Shown here: positions 40,217-47,487 of the stretch, in pieces
Layout of the letters: every line of letters starts with the position of its first letter
Position numbering within the stretch: position 1 is the stretch's first letter
NCBI GenBank assembly: GCA_947586835.1
Contig: CANPXT010000001.1
Location: 44,543 to 108,542, forward strand
Direction: 5' to 3'
Length of the DNA: 64,000 nucleotides
From: an uncultured Alphaproteobacteria bacterium
Lineage (GTDB): Bacteria; Pseudomonadota; Alphaproteobacteria; CAAHEQ01; UBA3637
Notes under the pieces: model-generated
Told to the model about the DNA's origin: nothing
Databases searched by the model: none
The model's input: only the letters and a program-made list of their open reading frames with translations
Program-made: the position numbers and the translations under genes

Positions 40217-40512
40217 CAAAGCGGCTGCAATTTTACATTTAACGGCGCAAGATTTACTCAAACTCGGCATTATTGATTCCATTATTACCGAACCGATCGG
40301 CGGAGCGCAACGGCATCCCAAAGAAACCATGGAAAATGTGCGGTTTGCTTTGGAAAAATATTTGACTCAATTGGAAAAATTATCGCCTGATGAATTAAAA
40401 ACACATCGACATGAGAAATTTTTAACCATGACGCGGTTAAATGAGGCGGGATAATGGAAAAAGCCAAAAGAAAAAAATTAAAGCGTCATAAAAAATTTTT
40501 AACGTTTTCTTG
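40217..40512. repeat. direct repeat copy 2 (duplicated accA 3' fragment + fucT 5' fragment)
   Basis: See copy 1. Followed by a degenerate match (40514-40554) to 39048-39078. Confidence 0.85.
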
Positions 40513-40557
40513 TTTATCATGTGCCTTTCGGTATAAATGCACCGGCTTATTTTTTTA
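40453..40557 (+). pseudogene. truncated, scrambled remnant of the GT10 fucosyltransferase 5' end (34-codon ORF)
   Basis: Begins MEKAKRKKLKRHKKFLTFSC, identical to the intact gene start. Continues in a different frame to a stop. Confidence 0.7.
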
Positions 40558-40576
40558 AGATAACATAAAACGTGCG

Positions 40577-40858
40577 TTAAAAAATGTCTTCAAAATCATC
40601 ATTAAAACAGTTTTTTTTCGGAAATACTACCAGTTCTTTTTCATATTCACTGAGTTTTTTTCGAAAATACGCCAAAATAAAAAACCGAACGGCGGCTGAT
40701 AATTGCATTTTTCCTCGAATATCATCTATTTTCGAACATATTTGATTTAAACTTGCCTTTTCTTTTAAACATATTTTATCCAATGCCCACCACATTTCTT
40801 TTTGTAATCGTATACTGGTTCGGCGATTGTTTACAACAATATTTTTATTTAACAGCAT
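40577..40858 (-). CDS. ribbon-helix-helix (RHH_4-like) DNA-binding protein
   Basis: RRTSIRLQKEMWWALDKIC…ASLNQICSKID…LSAAVRFFILAYF matches the RHH_4 family pattern. Confidence 0.6.
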   Translation of the reverse strand: MLLNKNIVVNNRRTSIRLQKEMWWALDKICLKEKASLNQICSKIDDIRGKMQLSAAVRFFILAYFRKKLSEYEKELVVFPKKNCFNDDFEDIF

Positions 40859-40991
40859 TATTCATCCTTCCGATTTAAATTTACTCACAAAAACCAACTT
40901 TTCTCCCATCAAAATGTTTAACGTTAATCAAACCACATATCAAGCAAAAAATGTTTATATTTAAATTAATTTATTAAAATTGTAATTTATT

Positions 40992-41759
40992 TTAAAACGA
41001 GATGGCGGTAATTTTGGCCGAGTGATTTAAAACAAGAGTAATTTCTTGTGAAAATTTATCATATTGATACAAACTGTTGCGTCCGCTTTTACATGTTGAA
41101 AAAAACAAGCTGTCCCCCGTTTCGTTAAAGCCGATTGCCGTCACATCAAAAGCAATAAATTGTCGCAATTGTCCGATTTTAAAATCTACCCAACGAATCA
41201 TATCATTCGTGTAAACGGCATATTCCGTTTCGTTCGGTGATAAAGCAAAATAAGTAACATTTTCACACACCACTTGACTTTCTTTCATTAATCGCTTTGC
41301 AAAATGTTTTTGCGTATCAATGTAATAAAGTGCACCGCTTTTGGCAAAAAACATCGGCAACAAAGCACCGGAAAACGAATCGCTTAAATGAAACTTTGTG
41401 CGGGCTTTTTTATAAATTAAAATATCTGCCGTTCCTTTCGGATTTAATAAATCGGCACGTAAAAAGGCCAGTTGCGCATGCGGCGTGTTCCAAAGTGCCG
41501 GATAATAGCAATATCCTGATTGCATCATTATCGGCAAAGATTTTTGTTGTTGAAAGTTGGCAAGCGTCCATAAAAAATGCGTTTGCTCACCATCTAACTC
41601 AACGCCCGTAATAACCGTATGATCCGATGAAAATGTTGCAAATGGCGGAATATCTTTCATTAAAACCAAACGTCCGTTTCGCATAACCGCCCAAAGTTGA
41701 TGATTATCATCCGTAAAAAATATGCGATAAAGGGATAAAATTGAATTTGTCATTTGCAA
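40992..41759 (-). CDS. hypothetical protein, possibly beta-propeller-like
   Basis: 255 aa, no signal peptide, no recognised motif. Divergently transcribed from moxR. Confidence 0.45.
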   Translation of the reverse strand: MQMTNSILSLYRIFFTDDNHQLWAVMRNGRLVLMKDIPPFATFSSDHTVITGVELDGEQTHFLWTLANFQQQKSLPIMMQSGYCYYPALWNTPHAQLAFLRADLLNPKGTADILIYKKARTKFHLSDSFSGALLPMFFAKSGALYYIDTQKHFAKRLMKESQVVCENVTYFALSPNETEYAVYTNDMIRWVDFKIGQLRQFIAFDVTAIGFNETGDSLFFSTCKSGRNSLYQYDKFSQEITLVLNHSAKITAISF

Positions 41760-41823
41760 TCCTTATAAAAACAGTATATATTATTTTACATAACATTGCA
41801 ACTTGAAAAACGGAGTATAAAAA

Positions 41824-42783
41824 ATGACTTTATATGAAAGCTTTAAACAACTTGAAAAATATATGAATTCTTGCATTGTCGGACAATCAGATCTTGTAAA
41901 GAAACTCATTATTTCTTTATTGGCAAACGGTAACCTTTTGGTTGAAGGTGCGCCGGGATTAGCTAAAACGAAAGCCATTAAAACATTGGCACATGCCATT
42001 GATGCTAAAGAACAACGTATTCAATTTACGCCTGATTTATTGCCTTCCGATGTCACGGGCAGCGATGTTTTTCGTCCGGAAACAAATCAATTTTATTTTC
42101 AAAAGGGTCCTATTTTCAGCAATCTTGTTTTAGCCGATGAAATCAATCGGGCGCCGGCAAAAGTACAATCCGCCCTGCTCGAAGCCATGGGCGAACGACA
42201 AGTGACCGTAGGGGCAACAACTTATCGTCTGCCTGATTTGTTTATGGTAATGGCCACGCAAAACCCGATTGACAATGAGGGAACATATGTGTTGCCGGAA
42301 GCACAACTTGATCGCTTTTTGCTTTATATAAAAATCGGTTATCCTGATATTGAATCGGAACGAAAAATTTTAAAAATCATTCGTAAAGAAGAGAAAAAAG
42401 AGCCTTTGCCCGAAATTGAAAAAATTACCGAACGAATGATTTTTGCCGCACGTCGGGAAGTATCAAACATTTATATGTCACCCGAAATTGAAGAATATCT
42501 CCTTCAATTGGTAATGGCAACTCGTTTCCCGGCAGCTTACGGCGAAGATTTGGCAAAATATATTGCATTCGGTGTTTCACCACGCGGTACCATTGCTCTT
42601 GATATATGTACGCGTGCCAACGCTTGGCTTAACAATCGCGATTACGTCATGCCTGAGGATATTAAAACTATTGTGTATGATGTGCTCCGTCACCGTGTTT
42701 TGCCCACATTTGAAGCCAAAAGCACCGGCATTACGTCCGATAAGATTTTAGAGTTGCTATTATCTCGAATTCCCATATTGTAA
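41824..42783 (+). CDS. MoxR-family AAA+ ATPase
   Basis: Walker A GAPGLAKT, Walker B LADEINR, sensor motifs. 319 aa. Confidence 0.9.
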   Translation: MTLYESFKQLEKYMNSCIVGQSDLVKKLIISLLANGNLLVEGAPGLAKTKAIKTLAHAIDAKEQRIQFTPDLLPSDVTGSDVFRPETNQFYFQKGPIFSNLVLADEINRAPAKVQSALLEAMGERQVTVGATTYRLPDLFMVMATQNPIDNEGTYVLPEAQLDRFLLYIKIGYPDIESERKILKIIRKEEKKEPLPEIEKITERMIFAARREVSNIYMSPEIEEYLLQLVMATRFPAAYGEDLAKYIAFGVSPRGTIALDICTRANAWLNNRDYVMPEDIKTIVYDVLRHRVLPTFEAKSTGITSDKILELLLSRIPIL

Positions 42784-42792
42784 AGGAAAAAA

Positions 42793-43713
42793 ATGCATTT
42801 TGATTCCCCTACCGTTTCCGCCACTCTTGATGATTTACTGCGTTTAAAAAAACAAGCGCAGCGTTTTGAGTTGAAAGAAACAAATCGACAAGCATATCTC
42901 GGATGGGGACAAACAAAATCACCTTTTAAATCAAAAGGTCTCGACTTTCAAGAAGTGCGAACCTATCAACCCGGCGATGATATTCGTCAGATTGATTGGC
43001 GGGTCACGGCAAAATACGGTAAACCGTTTACCAAACTATATACCGATGAAAAAGAAAGACAAGTTTTTCTCATTTGCGATATGCGAACACGAATGAAGTT
43101 TGCCTCGCGCGGTCGATTTAAATCGATTGTATGCGCATATGCAACAACATTACTCGCATACTTAGCCGCAAATAAATCAGATCGGCTGGGTTTTACGATT
43201 TTAACACCCGAAACGATTGAAACCGCACGTGCTTACGGTTCTCATGAAGTAACGGACGGTTTATTAAAGTTGTTGGTTACGTCATCTGATCCGACAAAAA
43301 TCGAATCGGATCAAATAACATTGCAACAGGCGTTACAAAAGTCAAAACCGCTTATTCGAGCCGGTTCGTTGATATTTATATTAAGCGATTTTTCGGATTG
43401 GTCACCGGCTTGTGAAACAATTGTCCGACAATGGACACAAAAAAGCATTTGCGGGCTGATTCATATTTACGATGAATTGGAAAAACAATTGCCGCGCGGC
43501 ATATTTTCGGTTTCGGACGGAAAAGAAATAAGCGCAATCGATACCAGGAGTCATCATTTTCAAGTCGATTATGCCGACATATTTTTAAAACGCACGGAAG
43601 CCCTTCAAAATTTAGCACGGAATTTTGAAATCGGTTATTTGCCGATTCGTACCGATGAAAATATTATTCCCAAAATCCTGGCTTATTGCATTGGAGAAAA
43701 AAATAATGCCTGA
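42793..43713 (+). CDS. DUF58 (VWA-fold) protein, MoxR partner
   Basis: GLDFQEVRTYQPGDDIRQIDWRVTAKYGKPFTKLY hallmark of DUF58. Confidence 0.85.
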   Translation: MHFDSPTVSATLDDLLRLKKQAQRFELKETNRQAYLGWGQTKSPFKSKGLDFQEVRTYQPGDDIRQIDWRVTAKYGKPFTKLYTDEKERQVFLICDMRTRMKFASRGRFKSIVCAYATTLLAYLAANKSDRLGFTILTPETIETARAYGSHEVTDGLLKLLVTSSDPTKIESDQITLQQALQKSKPLIRAGSLIFILSDFSDWSPACETIVRQWTQKSICGLIHIYDELEKQLPRGIFSVSDGKEISAIDTRSHHFQVDYADIFLKRTEALQNLARNFEIGYLPIRTDENIIPKILAYCIGEKNNA

Positions 43714-44176
43714 TATTGATTTAACACCTTTAAAAGATGTTCATTTGCCGACAGAGCCTTCCCTGTTTCCGCCGGCAACGGGTTGGTGGATTGTTGCAGG
43801 TGTTTTATGTATATTGATAATCGGCAGTTTCTTGTTTCTTTATTTTCTCAAGCGCTCTCCCAAAAGATATGCCTTACGTATTTTAAAATCCATTGAACGA
43901 AACCAAAGTGATTTACCTACCATCGGCGTTGAATTGGGTATATTGCTAAAACGCGTTGCATTGGTGGCTTTTCCGCGGGAAGAAGTTGCCTCGTTAAGCG
44001 ATAAAGAATGGGCCGATTTTTTACTGCAACACGGAAACGGTGCCTTATCTCCGGAACAGGCAAAATTTATTGTATCGGCAGCTTACTTACCGAAACAAAA
44101 AGCAGTTGCAATCGAAACAGAAAAATTATATACTGCTGTTAAAGATTGGATTTACTATGTTTTGAAAAAAGGATAA
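43706..44176 (+). CDS. DUF4381-like membrane protein
   Basis: Start at the ATG at 43706 overlaps the DUF58 stop. N-terminal PDIDLTPL…P…GWW then one TM helix, as in Bat-type operons downstream of DUF58. Confidence 0.55.
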   Translation: MPDIDLTPLKDVHLPTEPSLFPPATGWWIVAGVLCILIIGSFLFLYFLKRSPKRYALRILKSIERNQSDLPTIGVELGILLKRVALVAFPREEVASLSDKEWADFLLQHGNGALSPEQAKFIVSAAYLPKQKAVAIETEKLYTAVKDWIYYVLKKG

Positions 44177-44179
44177 TTT

Positions 44180-44929
44180 ATGGAAAATAATGCGCAAACC
44201 ACAACGGATAATCAAGACACTCAAACCGTTTTACCTTCCCTGGTTGAAGAAACACTTTCTTCCTCAACGGAAAGTCGAGCGGGCGTATCTTTTCTGGTAA
44301 CGGTTAATTATCAATCGTTAAGCGGTAATTTAAAAAGTCGTGATTTTTTAATTCGGCGCATTATTAAGCATCAAAATGAATATTATCTGGACGGTTTGGC
44401 AATGGATGTTAAATCTCCGCGTTTGATTCGTGTCGCACAAATATCGTTTATCAAAGATAAAGCCGCCACAAACGGTTACAGTAATCCTTATCGTTTTTTG
44501 CAAGATGTTTTGGGTGTTGAAATCGATAACAGTCTTTTACCCGAAGATATGTCTGATTTTTCAAAAGCCATTAAAGAAACCGGTGATGAATTAACGGTTT
44601 TAATGTATTTAATTGCCGTTGACGGCATTCGCAGCAGTTCCGAAAGAGAAAAAGTGTTGACCTATGTTAAACGACGCGTTCCTTATTTAAATTATGATGA
44701 ATTGCAAATGAATGATTATTTAATTTCCATGGCACCCGATGAAGATAGTTTCTCCATGGCATTACATCGTGTTATTCGAAAAGGTATTATCGTTATTCAG
44801 CCGCTTATGGAAACAATTTTAGCCGTAATTATGGCAGACGGACAAATACACGAAAAAGAACGAGCCTTATTAGCGCGCATTATTGATACTTTAAAACAAG
44901 CCGGCTATGAGTTTCAATTACCGGAATAA
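44180..44929 (+). CDS. TerB-like domain protein with N-terminal WYL-like region
   Basis: C-terminal duplicated ADG-x-I…E…L motifs (IAVDGIRSSSEREKVL; IMADGQIHEKERALL) typical of TerB. N-terminal RDFLIRRI…EYYLDGLAMD…RLIRVAQISFI resembles the WYL beta-barrel. Confidence 0.45.
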   Translation: MENNAQTTTDNQDTQTVLPSLVEETLSSSTESRAGVSFLVTVNYQSLSGNLKSRDFLIRRIIKHQNEYYLDGLAMDVKSPRLIRVAQISFIKDKAATNGYSNPYRFLQDVLGVEIDNSLLPEDMSDFSKAIKETGDELTVLMYLIAVDGIRSSSEREKVLTYVKRRVPYLNYDELQMNDYLISMAPDEDSFSMALHRVIRKGIIVIQPLMETILAVIMADGQIHEKERALLARIIDTLKQAGYEFQLPE

Positions 44930-45105
44930 GTAATTTTTTATTACTTTCACTAAAACAGAGTTAATCAAGCGGTACAGCTGAACATGTTATACTTTCTTTA
45001 TTTTTCATTTACTTAAATAATTTTTTCATCTCATTTGATTTTTCTGTCGGAACAAACTTTTAAAGCAAAAGAAAAATGTTTTTTTATGCATTTACCATTT
45101 AATGC

Positions 45106-45134
45106 TTGACTTATGCTAAATTTTTTGTTATATT
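45106..45134 (+). promoter_or_regulatory. putative sigma70 promoter of rpmG (TTGACT-17-TATATT)
   Basis: Near-consensus hexamers 43 nt upstream of the ATG. Confidence 0.4.
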
Positions 45135-45176
45135 TTCTTTCCGTAGTTCAATTTTTTTATAAAGTGGTGATTAACA

Positions 45177-45344
45177 ATGGCAAAACCAACAACTGTTGAA
45201 ATTAAATTAGAAAGCACAGCCGGTACGGGTACTTTCTATGTTACAAAAAAGAATCCGCGGACGAAAACCGAAAAGATGAAAGTTCGCAAATATGATAAAA
45301 AAGCCAGAAAGCATGTTGATTTCGTTGAAAAGAAAATCAAGTAA
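45177..45344 (+). CDS. rpmG: 50S ribosomal protein L33 (frame disrupted at an A5 tract 45297-45301 as sequenced; intact with A6)
   Basis: N-terminal 41 codons read [41 protein letters not shown]. The conserved C-terminus [14 protein letters not shown] appears only in the -1 frame after the A-run. Confidence 0.7.
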   Translation: MAKPTTVEIKLESTAGTGTFYVTKKNPRTKTEKMKVRKYDKKARKHVDFVEKKIK

Positions 45345-45365
45345 GTTTTCGGGTTATTTTTCAAA

Positions 45366-45398
45366 GTTAAAAAAGCCGCTTGTTAAAGGCGGTTTTTT
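45366..45398 (+). terminator. terminator after rpmG
   Basis: AAAAAAGCCGC…GCGGTTTTTTT hairpin with U-tract. Confidence 0.4.
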
Positions 45399-45476
45399 TA
45401 TGAGTAAAATTTTTTGTTGTATAAAAGAATTTTTTTTGCTATAATATAAGTGAGGAAGTGTTTATCAGGAGGGAAA

Positions 45477-45608
45477 AATGAAAAAAATTCTTTTACTTAT
45501 CTTAATGGCTGTTTTTTTGGCGGCACCTGCCATCTCTTATGCTAAAATTAACTTTGAAGACGCCGATAAGGAAAGCAGTTCAAATCCGTACAATAAGACA
45601 AAATGTGA
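45477..45608 (+). CDS. small secreted peptide (43 aa, signal peptide + ~21-aa mature part)
   Basis: Strong RBS AGGAGGG 6 nt upstream, TGcTATAAT-like -10 at 45436-45444, signal peptide MKKILLLILMAVFLAAPAISYA, terminator downstream. Confidence 0.3.
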
Positions 45609-45671
45609 TGGTATGACAACCTTAACAAAATGTGTGGGAAGCTGAAAAATTGTTTTTCCATAAAAGTCGGT

Positions 45672-45697
45672 AAGTCAAAAGTTTTTGACTTTTTTAT
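45672..45697 (+). terminator. terminator after small peptide gene
   Basis: AAGTCAAAA/TTTTGACTT hairpin followed by TTTTT. Confidence 0.5.
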
Positions 45698-45756
45698 CCG
45701 TGTCGAAGTGGTCAGACACATCGAATAATGAATGGTGCTTTACCGTTTTATATGTT

Positions 45757-47313
45757 TTAATTACCCGACAACAATGCGTCAATTAATTCTTGCACAGTCG
45801 GAATGTATCCGTTTTTATACATCGGATCCGTTCCGAATCGATAGGCCAAATGTCCGGCAAACATTAAATTATTGTCAATGCTTTCACCATGCGCAATGGC
45901 AGTTAAGGTTTTTGTAATACAAAACGAACGCGAATCGGGTAGTCTGTCTAAATGTCCATTGGTCTGTGACCACCCTGAAAACGCACAAGCCGATAAACAC
46001 CCGACACAATTGGCTCTATCCTCTTTTATTTGCGCGTCTTCCTCACGTGACAAGAAAATTAAAGATTTATCGGGCGTACGAACGGCAATCGGTTTATCAC
46101 CCGCCTGATAAGCTTTAGCACGCCTAAAATCGTGTTCCGTTAAATAAACGGTATGCGCAACCGAAACAACAAACGGCTTGACAAAAATACCTTCCGGCTT
46201 TTCCGTGTAGGGCATTTCCGTATCTTTTCGATCAATTAAACTTTGCAAAAACTTGTTTTTGACGGCTGATGAATAAAACCCTGTCGGAGAAAATTGTTGT
46301 AAAATCACATCACCTTTCTTCAAAGCCCGCAGGCATCCTTGCCAAGCTTTTGCCACCGGACTTTCAACCGTTAACAACGGACGAGTACCCAATTGAAATG
46401 CAATCGGACCGATTTCCGGATTGTCGATAAAATCTTCAAATTCGCTTAAATTCCAAACACCACCGGCCATAATAATCGGCACGTTTTCCAAATGATATTC
46501 ATTCATCTGCTTGCGTAAAGTAACCAATCGCGGATACGGATTTTCGGGCTGTTCGGGATTTTCGGAATTGGATAAGCCGTTATGACCGCCCGCCAACCAC
46601 GGATCTTCATAAACAACACCGCCTAAATATTCGGGACAATTTTTATAACTTCTGAGCCATAAAGCCCGAAACGCCCGAGCCGAAGAAACAATCGGATAAT
46701 AATAAAGACCGTATTTTGACGCAATTTCCGCGAGTTTATACGGCATTCCGGCACCGCAGGTAATTCCGTGAATCAACTTATGCACTTCCCCTAAAATATC
46801 ATTTACGACGGGAACGGCATCTTTCACACGTTTTTGGTATTGAAATCGAAGTGTTCCGAGCGTTTGTTGTACCAATTCGCCGACGGCTTCCAACTTTTCC
46901 TGATATTTCTCAGGTGCTTTTTGCATTAAATTTTTCATGACGGTTTCACATGAGTTCATCACACCTTCCAAAATGGGAATACTTCCCCCCATTTCCCAAA
47001 GCACGTTCATGTGAATTCGCCCTTTATCTCCGGCAATTTCATGAGCAATTTTTGCTTGTGAAATACCGCCTTTAATAGACATTTCAATCAATTCGTTATG
47101 TCTTTCCGGACGCGTTTTACGCGTATAAACTTTGGGAACAATGCGCCCTTTTTCATCAACCGTATCGGCAAACACGCCGGAAATGGTACCGACAGCACCG
47201 GCTTTTGCCCAAGCACCCGATGAATGTCCGTCGGATACGGCAATACCTTTACCGCCCTCAATTAACGGAATAACTTCTTTACCGGAAATAATAATCGGAT
47301 TTAATTGTTTCAT
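45757..47313 (-). CDS. FMN-dependent oxidoreductase, nitronate monooxygenase/FabK-like (NMO) family, long form
   Basis: 518 aa. TIM-barrel NMO-like motifs (GGKGIAVS, IIMAGGVWN) with a long C-terminal extension. Confidence 0.6.
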   Translation of the reverse strand: MKQLNPIIISGKEVIPLIEGGKGIAVSDGHSSGAWAKAGAVGTISGVFADTVDEKGRIVPKVYTRKTRPERHNELIEMSIKGGISQAKIAHEIAGDKGRIHMNVLWEMGGSIPILEGVMNSCETVMKNLMQKAPEKYQEKLEAVGELVQQTLGTLRFQYQKRVKDAVPVVNDILGEVHKLIHGITCGAGMPYKLAEIASKYGLYYYPIVSSARAFRALWLRSYKNCPEYLGGVVYEDPWLAGGHNGLSNSENPEQPENPYPRLVTLRKQMNEYHLENVPIIMAGGVWNLSEFEDFIDNPEIGPIAFQLGTRPLLTVESPVAKAWQGCLRALKKGDVILQQFSPTGFYSSAVKNKFLQSLIDRKDTEMPYTEKPEGIFVKPFVVSVAHTVYLTEHDFRRAKAYQAGDKPIAVRTPDKSLIFLSREEDAQIKEDRANCVGCLSACAFSGWSQTNGHLDRLPDSRSFCITKTLTAIAHGESIDNNLMFAGHLAYRFGTDPMYKNGYIPTVQELIDALLSGN

Positions 47314-47487
47314 ACCTGACCCTCATTCTTAATTAAACGAAGATATTTTAAACGGATTTTTAAAAAAAAGCAATGAAAATCCATTATTTTGACAATTTTA
47401 TTTTATAAGAACATATTTTTCTTGAATTTTATAAAAAAAAACAGATATAATTTCGTTAAAACAAAACAACTTCTTCCGGGAGGCAGA

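Noticed and set aside
38495-40512. Possible CRISPR array or IS element suggested by repeated sequence
   Set aside because: The only sizeable repeat in the window is a single pair of 296-bp direct repeats made of accA/fucT coding sequence. There are no short regularly spaced repeats, no cas genes, and no transposase or terminal inverted repeats.
47389-47487. 33-codon extension of the HATPase-REC-PP2C gene
   Set aside because: It starts in an AT-rich spacer with no RBS. The ATG at 47488 follows GGAGG.
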